Assembly: GCA_023399275.1 (NCBI GenBank)
Contig: JAEWQH010000117.1
Location: 2,943-66,942, forward strand
DNA length: 64,000 bases
Origin: Bacillota bacterium
GTDB taxonomy: Bacteria > Bacillota > Clostridia > Christensenellales > CAG-138
Direction: 5' to 3'
Positions 35,787 to 44,095 of the stretch are shown piece after piece. Within the stretch, counting starts at the first letter, position 1; the number at the start of each line of letters is the position of its first letter. The notes under the pieces were generated by a model, which made no database searches, had not been told where the DNA came from, and saw only the letters and a program-made list of their open reading frames with translations. The position numbers were made by a program, and so were the translations under genes.

Positions 35787-37622
35787 CTACGCCGGAGTGC
35801 TCTCCTCTTCTTTGCGGCTGTTGATCTGCTGCATCATATGGTCGTAAAACGCCTCGTCGATGATAAACTTCTTTTTTTGAACAAATAGTGCGAGCAGCAA
35901 AAGGAGCGCGGGCAGCAGCGTCGCCGCAAGCCGCACCCAGATGCGCATGCCTGTCGTTCTCTGGTCGCGAAAATGCAGGTTTGCCGCGCTCTCCTCGCCG
36001 CTGTCGAGGTCGTCGATCTTGAGCGAAAACGTGCCGCTGTCCGCCGCTACGATGCTTTCCGCGTCAAACGCACCGAGCCTGTCCATCTCGATCTGCTCGC
36101 CCTCGGCGTTGGTAAAGAGGATCATCGCGTCGCTCAGCGCGGGCACATACTCCGCGTCAAGCTGAAATTTGCTGATGATCGCATCCGCGGTGATCTGCGT
36201 GCCAACCGCCTCCACAGCGGCCTGATACGCCGGCGTTCCCGCCGTAAGCCCCTCAAATTCTCCCAGATAGCGCTGCACCTGTGTGATGTAGTAGGCCTGA
36301 TCCGCCGCGTCATGCTTATCGAAGAAGTCGCGCTGCGTCTCGAGCGTGCTGATCGACTGGCTGAGCAGAAACGTGCCGGATACGGCAAGCACCAGCGTCA
36401 CGATGAGCGTATGCATCGCCGCGGCAAATTTCGCCATAAACGGGCGCAGCGTCGAGACCACCGCCTCGTTGCGCTCGCCGAATTTATAGTCGTTGTACTC
36501 CACACAGTTGGTCATATTGATGATGCAGGACATGTAGAAGAGCGACTGCCCCGCGGAGACCATCATGCAAAACGCGCACAGCAGCGCGATATGAAACGGC
36601 AGCACCGGCGACCAACCCATCAACGCGATAAACGCATAGCCAACGATCGCCAGAAGGATGCTTAGATTTTGCAGGCGCGCGCGCCCAAGCTTGTTTGTCA
36701 GCACGGGGTAGAGCGCATTGACCGCAACCATCGTCACGCCATATGCAACCACCACATAGAAGTAGAGCGTGCCGTTGTAGCCGATCTCCATATACAGCAG
36801 ATTCGCCGCCAGCGCGATGAGCATCGTGCTGCCGATGTTATAGAAGAGCATCGACAGCGTCATCCAGAGTACCTGGTCGTTTCGCGCAATGGTCTTCCAC
36901 ATCCGCTTGAGCGAGATGTTTTCGCTCTTCTCCGCCTTGCGGCGCGGCGGCTCCTTCACTGTGAAGTACAGCATCGTCTGAAATCCGATAAACGCTGCGG
37001 CGATCAGGATGGAGACGAATCGATAGCCCGCGCGCATGTCGCCCACGGTCACCTGCGGGATGATGCCCTGCGCCAAGATGGCGCCGACGCCGGCGAAGAG
37101 CACCGTGAGCGTGGTGATGGAGTTTCGCTCCTCCTTAACGCTCGAAAGGCTCGGCAGCATGGCCCAATAGCCGATGTCGTTCATGGTGAATGTGGATTCC
37201 CAAAGCAGGTACATCACCGTCATGAACACCACGAAGCGCCAGCCGGGGATGCTCTGCACATTGAACATCGTGATGATCACCAGCCCACAGAGGATGGCGC
37301 CGAGCAGGATCCACGGGCGGAACTTGCCTTTTCTGAAGTGTGAGCCTTCGATGATGGCGCCCATGAGCGGGTCGTTGAGCGCATCCCATATGCGCCCACC
37401 CACGCCGATGATCAGGCTCAGCGTCGTGAACTGCGCCAGTGTGAGCGAAACGCCAAACTGGATGTAGACCAGCAGGAATGAGTCGATCAGCGCATAGCTC
37501 ATGTCTCGGCCGATTCCACTGATGGAATAGAACCATTTGTTGCGGTGAAACGTCTGTTTGCGAAGCCGCTCCGCGGCCGCCGCATCCGGCGCGGAACCTT
37601 CGGTGATTGACCTGGTCTCCAT
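35787..37622 (-). CDS. GPH-family (MelB/YicJ-like) glycoside:cation symporter with an insertion in loop 11-12
   Basis: It has 12 TM segments and a GPH signature (GRIWDALNDPLMGAIIE). About 165 aa of acidic sequence lie between TM11 and TM12. The start is either the ATG at 37622 or the one at 37640. Confidence 0.8.
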   Translation of the reverse strand: METRSITEGSAPDAAAAERLRKQTFHRNKWFYSISGIGRDMSYALIDSFLLVYIQFGVSLTLAQFTTLSLIIGVGGRIWDALNDPLMGAIIEGSHFRKGKFRPWILLGAILCGLVIITMFNVQSIPGWRFVVFMTVMYLLWESTFTMNDIGYWAMLPSLSSVKEERNSITTLTVLFAGVGAILAQGIIPQVTVGDMRAGYRFVSILIAAAFIGFQTMLYFTVKEPPRRKAEKSENISLKRMWKTIARNDQVLWMTLSMLFYNIGSTMLIALAANLLYMEIGYNGTLYFYVVVAYGVTMVAVNALYPVLTNKLGRARLQNLSILLAIVGYAFIALMGWSPVLPFHIALLCAFCMMVSAGQSLFYMSCIINMTNCVEYNDYKFGERNEAVVSTLRPFMAKFAAAMHTLIVTLVLAVSGTFLLSQSISTLETQRDFFDKHDAADQAYYITQVQRYLGEFEGLTAGTPAYQAAVEAVGTQITADAIISKFQLDAEYVPALSDAMILFTNAEGEQIEMDRLGAFDAESIVAADSGTFSLKIDDLDSGEESAANLHFRDQRTTGMRIWVRLAATLLPALLLLLALFVQKKKFIIDEAFYDHMMQQINSRKEEESTPA

Positions 37623-37850
37623 TTTCGTCTGTGCTCCCATCCAAAAGAATTGCAAAAACAGATCGGTCCGTCCGCCGGGTAGGCAAACGTCTGAACCAAA
37701 GCGTATCACACTCTGCAGCCGCTGACAATGGGTTGACCCGCATCTGGACCGACTCTTCTCTTCTTCCCGCCCGGCGCGAATAAAAAGGGCGGTTTTCCGC
37801 CCCCGAGCCACCGGCAGTTCCCGCCGGATTGCACACCGGCGGCCGGGCGC

Positions 37851-38675
37851 TTACAGCCCGATCTCCCCCGTATACACGATCTCCGCCGGGCCGGTCATGT
37901 AGACGTGGTTGTCCTCCGCCCAGTCGATGTGCAGCGAGCCCAGCTCGAGTTTTACGTCCACACTGCGCCCTGTCTTACCGTTGAGATAGCTCGCCACCGC
38001 CGCCGAGCAGGCGCCCGTACCGCAGGCGAGCGTCGGCCCGCAGCCGCGCTCAAACGTTCGCATCACGAGTGTATGCTCATCCGTCACGCAAACGAAGTTG
38101 ACATTGGTTCGCTTGGGAAAGACGCTCGCATGCTCGATGTCCCAGCCGAGGTCCATCCAGGCCGGATCGGTCGGGTCGTCTACATAGAGGATCGTATGCG
38201 GCACGCCGACGAGCACGCTCGTGTAGCGCAGCGACCGCCCCCGCACCGTCAGCGCGCGGTCGATGCAACGGCCCTCTCCGGCGACGGGAATCTCGGCGCA
38301 CTCCAGATACGGCTTGCCCATATCCACGGTCACGCCGTCCACTTTTCCGTCGCGCAGCACGAGCGCTGGCCGCATGATCCCCGCGAGCGTCTCTACCGAG
38401 AACGCCGGCTCGCAAACGACGCCACGTTCATAGACGTACTTTGCAAAGCAGCGGATGCCGTTGCCGCACATCTCCGCCTCGCTGCCATCCGCGTTGACGA
38501 TGCGCATGCGCACGTCCGCCGTTTCGCTTGCTTCCAGGATCAACAACCCGTCCGCGCCGATGCCGGTCTGCCTGTGGCAAAGCCGCGGCGCAAGCGCGCG
38601 ATAGTCGTGCGTTTCTTCCCTGCCGTCCAGCAGGATAAAATCATTACCCAATCCATGTACTTTTGTAAACCGCAT
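37851..38675 (-). CDS. dapF: diaminopimelate epimerase
   Basis: It begins MRFTKVHGLGNDFILLD and has both catalytic Cys motifs (MCGNG, ACGTGA). Confidence 0.93.
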   Translation of the reverse strand: MRFTKVHGLGNDFILLDGREETHDYRALAPRLCHRQTGIGADGLLILEASETADVRMRIVNADGSEAEMCGNGIRCFAKYVYERGVVCEPAFSVETLAGIMRPALVLRDGKVDGVTVDMGKPYLECAEIPVAGEGRCIDRALTVRGRSLRYTSVLVGVPHTILYVDDPTDPAWMDLGWDIEHASVFPKRTNVNFVCVTDEHTLVMRTFERGCGPTLACGTGACSAAVASYLNGKTGRSVDVKLELGSLHIDWAEDNHVYMTGPAEIVYTGEIGL

Positions 38676-38696
38676 CGCAGTCGCCTCCTCCGGTAC

Positions 38697-39041
38697 TCAG
38701 CCGCCCAAAATCTCGACAAACGCCTCGTCCGCATAGCTGCGCACGGACTTCTCCAACTGCCGGTAGGCCGCAAGGAACCCCCGCGCCTCCTGCGTCAGCT
38801 CCGCGCCGCCGCCGCCTTTGCCACCGGTGACGGAGAGCAGCAGCGCAAATCCAAGGTTTGCCTCCGCGGTCTTGACGATCTTCCAGGCCTTGCTGTAGGC
38901 CATATCCATCTCGATGGTTGCCTTGCGCAGGGAGTGCAGGCGATCCACACGTTCCAGCAGGTCCGCCACCCCCGGGCCGAAGCATTTTTCTTCGCCGAAA
39001 ATGCGGACGATGACCTGGCAGCGCAGCTGTTTGTTCGGCAT
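38697..39041 (-). CDS. ModE-N/LysR-type winged-helix DNA-binding protein (114 aa)
   Basis: SLRKATIEMDMAYSKAWKIVKTAE and GGKGGGGAELT match the ModE N-terminal domain pattern. Confidence 0.6.
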   Translation of the reverse strand: MPNKQLRCQVIVRIFGEEKCFGPGVADLLERVDRLHSLRKATIEMDMAYSKAWKIVKTAEANLGFALLLSVTGGKGGGGAELTQEARGFLAAYRQLEKSVRSYADEAFVEILGG

Positions 39042-39320
39042 AGCGGCCTCCGTGTTTCATCTTATGCGCAGCGGGCGCATACGGCGCGTGTCAAATCTGA
39101 ATTTCGATTCTCCATCGCGCAACATCCGTTCCGCGCACGCCGCTTTTATCAGTATACCACACGCACGTACCCGCGGGAAACGTCCGCGCGATTTTCACAT
39201 TTCATGCGCTGGCTGCGCGTATCTTCGCGCAGCAGCCGCTTTGTTCGCCCGCCGCTGCCGTTCCCGCCCGCTACTTCACCGCATTCGTTGGAAAAAAATG
39301 CCCGTTCGTGCCCTTGATCA

Positions 39321-39349
39321 TTGACAGCGCGCGGCAGCATGGATAAACT
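39321..39349 (+). promoter_or_regulatory. sigma-A promoter giving a leaderless mRNA
   Basis: TTGACA, a 17 nt spacer, then TAAACT. The ATG at 39356 is only 6 nt after the -10, and there is no RBS. Confidence 0.55.
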
Positions 39350-39355
39350 GACTTT

Positions 39356-39895
39356 ATGACACCGCCGTACGAAAGCGAAATCCGCGCACGGCTCACGCCG
39401 TCGCCCGGCGACGCGCAACGCATCCGCCTGCCGGCGAGAGACGCGCACGCCGCGTTTCGCCCCTCGCAATACACCGGCGCAGCCCCGCTCTCCACGCCGG
39501 ATTACGGCTCGCTCTATGGCGTGCAGCTGGTGCGGTGCGTGCGCATGGTCAACGGATGGCTGCTCTTCGACTTCACGCCCGCGTTTTTTTCCGCTCTGGC
39601 AGACGAGGTCAACGCGGCGATCCCCGCGCCCGATCCGCTCCGTGAAACCCATGCCGAAAATCGCATGCGCGCGCTCGCGCGGCACGGCGGCTCCGGCTGT
39701 CCCGATATGGCCGCCTTTCACCGCGCGCTGCTCTATGCGGTAGCCGCGCACGAAAGCCCGGCGGCCTGCCGCAGAGCGGAGCGTGCGGCCCTGACGCTTT
39801 TCCACGCCGTCTCCCCGCAAGAGCGGCCCGCGCTTCTGGCCCGTTGCGGCGCGCTCGGCGGTGCGCTCTGGCGGCTGCTCGCCGCCGCGCGCTGA
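39356..39895 (+). CDS. hypothetical protein (179 aa)
   Basis: The composition is protein-like, whereas the opposite-strand ORF is Arg/Gly-rich. The promoter is positioned for a leaderless start. There is a weak resemblance of VNGWLLFDFTPAFF to ArgRS-type N-terminal and DALR modules (inference only). Confidence 0.45.
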   Translation: MTPPYESEIRARLTPSPGDAQRIRLPARDAHAAFRPSQYTGAAPLSTPDYGSLYGVQLVRCVRMVNGWLLFDFTPAFFSALADEVNAAIPAPDPLRETHAENRMRALARHGGSGCPDMAAFHRALLYAVAAHESPAACRRAERAALTLFHAVSPQERPALLARCGALGGALWRLLAAAR

Positions 39896-40014
39896 CGCTG
39901 CCTTTTGCCCCACTTCCTTTCTCGCGATCCTGATGCGCCGCTGAAACCAAAGACGCTTTCACGACGAACCTGCGCTGCGGCAGGGTTATTTTCTCATAAA
40001 AGGAGATGATGTTG

Positions 40015-40659
40015 ATGCAACTGACCTGGTACGGACACTCCTGCTTTCTGCTCACCGCCGAAAGCGGCTATTCCATTCTGACCGATCCCTGCGACCGTGA
40101 GACGGGCTATGATCTGCATGATCTGGCGTGCGACGCGGTCACCATCAGCCATGAGCACCACGACCACAACTGCCTCGCCATCGTCACGGGCGAGCCGCAG
40201 ATCATCCGCACGCCGGGCGAGCACCTTGCGAGAGAGATCCCGATCACCGGCTTTTCCAGCTACCACGACAACGCAAAGGGCGCGCACCGCGGGAGCAACA
40301 TCATCTTCCTCTACCGGATCGACGGGCTGAAGGTGCTGCACCTGGGCGACCTCGGGCATATGCTTCCGGACGAAACTGTCGAAGCCATCGGCGACGTGGA
40401 CATTCTGCTCGCGCCCATCGGCGGCGTCTATACGATCAACGCAAAGACGGCAGCCGCGCTCTCCGACCGCCTGAATGCCAAGGTGCTCATTCCCATGCAT
40501 TATAAGACGCCCGCGCTGCACTTCAACATCGAGGGCCTCGAGCCCCTGCTGGCAGCCAACGCGAACCGCCGCGTGCACCACCTCAACGCAAACACCGCTT
40601 CCCTCACGCGGGACACGCTCGGTGAACGGCGGCTGCTGATTCTCGACTACAAGCGCTAG
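40015..40659 (+). CDS. metallo-beta-lactamase-fold hydrolase (UPF0173-like)
   Basis: The sequence reads MQLTWYGHSCFLL...ISHEHHDHN. AGGAG lies 9 nt before the ATG at 40015. Confidence 0.8.
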   Translation: MQLTWYGHSCFLLTAESGYSILTDPCDRETGYDLHDLACDAVTISHEHHDHNCLAIVTGEPQIIRTPGEHLAREIPITGFSSYHDNAKGAHRGSNIIFLYRIDGLKVLHLGDLGHMLPDETVEAIGDVDILLAPIGGVYTINAKTAAALSDRLNAKVLIPMHYKTPALHFNIEGLEPLLAANANRRVHHLNANTASLTRDTLGERRLLILDYKR

Positions 40660-40680
40660 CGTGCTTCGGACGCCCGCTCT

Positions 40681-40709
40681 GCCCGGGGCCAGCCCCCGGG
40701 CTTTCTTTT
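40681..40709 (+). terminator. intrinsic terminator
   Basis: GCCCGGGG pairs with CCCCGGGC (8 bp), followed by TTTCTTTTG. Confidence 0.7.
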
Positions 40710-40749
40710 GCGCACAAACCGATGCAAAAAGCATTAACGATCTGTAAAC

Positions 40750-40765
40750 TCACTATATATTGTTT
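40750..40765. promoter_or_regulatory. NrdR box 1
   Basis: tCACTATATATTGTtt matches about 13 of 16 positions of the NrdR consensus aCACwAtATaTwGTGt. Confidence 0.65.
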
Positions 40766-40781
40766 TGCATCTTCTTGCTTG

Positions 40782-40797
40782 GCACCAGATATGGTGA
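40782..40797. promoter_or_regulatory. NrdR box 2
   Basis: gCACCAGATATGGTGa is a palindrome. Its centre is 32 bp from box 1, about three helical turns, which is the typical tandem arrangement. Confidence 0.65.
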
Positions 40798-40892
40798 TAT
40801 GCTGAAGCTGCGCCTGAAGAAGGCGTCTTCTCTTCTCAAACGGACCGGCTGAAACCCGATCCCAATTCTGCAAAAAAGGCGGGGGGATAATT

Positions 40893-43208
40893 ATGGCACG
40901 CTACGGCATCGGCGACAACGCGATGAAAGTACTCGAAAAGCGATATCTGGCAAAGGACGAGCAGGGCCGCGTCATCGAAGACGTGGAGGGCATGTTCCGC
41001 CGCGTAGCGCGCGCGGTGGCGCAGGCAGACGCGATCTATGACTCCGACGCGGACCTGAAGGCAACGGAGGACGCGTTTTTTTCGCTGATGACGTCTCTGC
41101 GGTTTCTGCCGAACTCCCCGACGCTGATGAACGCCGGCCGCCCGCTCGGGCAGCTCTCGGCATGCTTCGTGCTGCCCGTGGGCGACAGTATGGAGGAGAT
41201 TTTTGAAGCGGTCAAAAACGCCGCGCTCATCCACAAGTCCGGCGGCGGAACGGGCTTCTCCTTCTCGCGCCTGCGACAAAAGGGCGCGACCGTGCGCTCT
41301 ACGGGCGGCGTGGCGAGCGGACCGGTCAGCTTTATGCGCGTGTTCAACGTAGCCACCGAAGCCGTCAAGCAGGGCGGCACACGCCGCGGCGCCAACATGG
41401 GCATCCTCCGCGTAGACCACCCGGACATCCTCGAGTTCATCCGCTGCAAAAGCAACACGAGCGATATCAACAACTTCAATATCTCCGTGGGCCTCACGGA
41501 GGCGTTCATGCGCGCCGTCGAGGAAGGCGAGACATACGACCTCGTAGACCCCAAGTCGAAGAAAGCCGTTTCGCAGCTCAACGCGCGGGATGTGTTCGAC
41601 GAAATCGTGGACGCCGCGTGGCAGACGGGCGAACCGGGCATCGTCTTTCTCGACCGGCTCAACCGCGACAATGTCGTCCCCACCGTCGGCGAGATCGAGA
41701 GCACAAATCCCTGCGGCGAGCAGCCGCTGCTGCCATATGAGAGCTGTAACCTCGGCTCGATCGACCTCGTCTCCATGCTCAAGACCGAAAACGGCGCGGC
41801 AAGGCTTGACTTCGACCTGCTCGAGTCCACGGTAAGCGAGGCCGTGCACTTCCTCGACAACGTCATCGACGTCAACACCTACCCGCTCGCGCGAATCGAA
41901 GAGATGACCAAGCGCACGCGAAAGATCGGCCTCGGCGTGATGGGCTTTGCAGACGCGCTGCTCGCACTCGGCATCCCATACGACTCCGAAGAGGGCATCG
42001 CTTTTGCCGAGCAGGTGATGTCGTTTATCGAAATGACCGGCCACAGCGCCAGCCGCAGCCTGGCCGCCTCGCGCGGCGCGTTTCCGCTCTTTACCGAGAG
42101 CACGCTCAACGCGGAGGAACCCATCCGCAACGCGACCGTAACCACCATCGCGCCGACGGGCACTCTCTCCATCATTGCGGGCTGCTCCTCCGGCGTGGAG
42201 CCGGTGTTTGGATACGTCTACATCCGCAACGTTATGGACGGCACGCAGATGGTCGAGGTCAATCCGCTGCTCCTGGAGAAGCTGCACACCCTCGGCCTCG
42301 ACAGCGAGGCGCTCTATCAGCGCATTGCGGCGGAGGGGACCATCGCGCATATCGAAGAGATTCCCGAGCAGGTGCGGCGCGTGTTTCTCTCGGCGCACGA
42401 TATCTCGCCTGAAGCGCATGTGCGCATGCAGGCGGCCTTCCAGCGGCACACGGACAACGCCGTCTCCAAGACGGTCAACTTCCCAAACAGCGCCACGCGC
42501 GAGGATGTCCACGCGGTCTATCTGCTCGCTTACCGCGAGGGGCTCAAGGGCGTAACCATCTACCGCGACGGCAGCCGGACGGGCCAGGTGCTCAACATCG
42601 GCAAAGTCAACGACGGGCAGCCCGCGCAGGAGAAGCCGGAGCTGAGCGCCCCGCTGCCGGAGAACTACGGCAGGATCGAACCGCGTCCGCGTCCGCCGGT
42701 GACCCGCGGCTTTACGGAGGAGATGAATATCGGCTGCGGAACGCTCTACGTCACCGTCAACTACGATGAAAACGGCATCTGCGAGGTGTTTACCAGCACC
42801 GGCAAAGCGGGCGGCTGCCCCAGCCAGAGCGAGGCCACAGCGCGGCTGACCTCCATCGCGCTGCGCAGCGGCATCTCGATCGGCGAGGTGTACGACCAGC
42901 TCAAGGGCATCCGCTGTCCCTCGACCATCCGCCAAAAGAACATGAGCTGCACCTCGTGTCCGGATGCGATCGCGCGCGTGCTGCTCAAGGTCAGCAAATA
43001 CATCGACAACGGCGCGGACTATGCCACGCCGGATGCGCAGCCTAAAACGGCTGCCCCGGAAGCCGCGCCAGCGTCGCAGGGCGGCGACGGCGCGTCCGCA
43101 CCGGCCTCCGCCGCGGATGTACACGTCTGTCCCGAGTGCGGCGGCAAAGTGGAGCACGAGGGCGGCTGCGTGATCTGCCGCGCGTGCGGGTTCAGCAAGT
43201 GCGGCTAA
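40893..43208 (+). CDS. nrdJ: adenosylcobalamin-dependent (class II) ribonucleotide reductase
   Basis: The N-terminus (VLEKRYL...FLPNSPTLMNAG), the catalytic region (NPCGEQPLLPYESCNLGS) and a C-terminal Cys-rich Zn-ribbon tail fit class II enzymes. Confidence 0.92.
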   Translation: MARYGIGDNAMKVLEKRYLAKDEQGRVIEDVEGMFRRVARAVAQADAIYDSDADLKATEDAFFSLMTSLRFLPNSPTLMNAGRPLGQLSACFVLPVGDSMEEIFEAVKNAALIHKSGGGTGFSFSRLRQKGATVRSTGGVASGPVSFMRVFNVATEAVKQGGTRRGANMGILRVDHPDILEFIRCKSNTSDINNFNISVGLTEAFMRAVEEGETYDLVDPKSKKAVSQLNARDVFDEIVDAAWQTGEPGIVFLDRLNRDNVVPTVGEIESTNPCGEQPLLPYESCNLGSIDLVSMLKTENGAARLDFDLLESTVSEAVHFLDNVIDVNTYPLARIEEMTKRTRKIGLGVMGFADALLALGIPYDSEEGIAFAEQVMSFIEMTGHSASRSLAASRGAFPLFTESTLNAEEPIRNATVTTIAPTGTLSIIAGCSSGVEPVFGYVYIRNVMDGTQMVEVNPLLLEKLHTLGLDSEALYQRIAAEGTIAHIEEIPEQVRRVFLSAHDISPEAHVRMQAAFQRHTDNAVSKTVNFPNSATREDVHAVYLLAYREGLKGVTIYRDGSRTGQVLNIGKVNDGQPAQEKPELSAPLPENYGRIEPRPRPPVTRGFTEEMNIGCGTLYVTVNYDENGICEVFTSTGKAGGCPSQSEATARLTSIALRSGISIGEVYDQLKGIRCPSTIRQKNMSCTSCPDAIARVLLKVSKYIDNGADYATPDAQPKTAAPEAAPASQGGDGASAPASAADVHVCPECGGKVEHEGGCVICRACGFSKCG

Positions 43209-43352
43209 AAGGCGAGTAAACCGGACGAAGCGGTTAAAAAACTGCCGTCCGTCCGCTCTTTCTCTGCCAAAATATCCGAAAATCTGCTATACTGGTGTCG
43301 GTCGTGCAGCTTTCCGCCCGACCGGCATCTTTGCAATCGGAGTCACACGCGC

Positions 43353-44021
43353 ATGAGGCAGGAACTACGCCGTCAGATCACCAATATCGTATTCGTGGCG
43401 CTGATCGTCGCCGCAGCCGTGGCGATCTATCTGCTCTCGCGCACGGAGCGCGCAGGAGAGAGCCCGTCCGTGCAGACCGTGTCCGCCGCGGCCTCGCCGA
43501 CCCCTACCGAGACGGCGGAACGGCAGAGCGCTTCCCGCGGCGTGCCGGACGCGGTGTTTGAAACCTATCTGGCGACCAGCGAGGTGTTTTCCGCCGAGCG
43601 GGAGGAGGGGGATGAACGCCGCTATGCGATCCGCTACGGCACATCCCCGCAGGTATCCGCCGCACTGCGCTACGAAACGCAGGATGGCTGCGTCTCCTCC
43701 GTGGAGCTCACCTTCTCTCTGCCCGCTTCATACGAAAACAAAGGAAACAGTGAGATCGAAGCCTACCTTTCTGAAGTGTCGCAAGCGCTCGAACGCGCGC
43801 TGCCGGATGCGGTGCGCGCCTTGCTGGAGGATATGCTGCCCGCGTGTGACGCGCAGGATGCGCTGACGGCCGCCAGCGCCCGCTATTGGGCGGAGCAGGC
43901 GCTGCAGCTATCGAAGGCCGGAGACGATTTCGAGGATTCCCTCTCCGGCTGCCGTTTCCTCGCTTACCGCAGCCAGAACGGGGACGTGCAGGAGCTCGTC
44001 TGCGTTCTCTTTCTATCCTGA
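43353..44021 (+). CDS. membrane-anchored hypothetical protein
   Basis: It has a single N-terminal TM segment (ITNIVFVALIVAAAVAIYLL) and an external domain. I recognise no family. Confidence 0.5.
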   Translation: MRQELRRQITNIVFVALIVAAAVAIYLLSRTERAGESPSVQTVSAAASPTPTETAERQSASRGVPDAVFETYLATSEVFSAEREEGDERRYAIRYGTSPQVSAALRYETQDGCVSSVELTFSLPASYENKGNSEIEAYLSEVSQALERALPDAVRALLEDMLPACDAQDALTAASARYWAEQALQLSKAGDDFEDSLSGCRFLAYRSQNGDVQELVCVLFLS

Positions 44022-44051
44022 CACGCCCCCTCTTGCTCCCGCTCTAGCAAT

Positions 44052-44081
44052 CGAGCCTGCCCATGATACCGGGCAGGCTCG
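44052..44081. terminator. 11 bp hairpin between convergent genes (no U-tract)
   Basis: CGAGCCTGCCC pairs with GGGCAGGCTCG across the loop ATGATACC. Confidence 0.4.
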
Positions 44082-44095
44082 TGTCATCTTGCGCT

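Noticed and set aside
39149-39913. A 254 aa minus-strand ORF competing with the 179 aa plus-strand ORF.
   Set aside because: The minus-strand product is extremely Arg/Gly-rich and has no start context. The plus-strand ORF has a correctly spaced consensus promoter and a more protein-like composition. Confidence in the plus-strand gene remains only moderate.
40660-40892. A possible cobalamin riboswitch upstream of the B12-dependent reductase.
   Set aside because: I found no B12-box (GCCACUG or AGYCMGGAGACCKGCC-like) and no GGGAA/GGUG core. The region is explained by a terminator, two NrdR boxes and a short leader.
40836-43157. A 773 aa ORF on the minus strand spanning almost the whole of nrdJ.
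   Set aside because: It is exactly antisense to a gene with unmistakable class II RNR motifs. The product is Arg/Ala/Gly-rich with no motifs. This is the expected stop-codon depletion on the antisense strand at about 60% GC.
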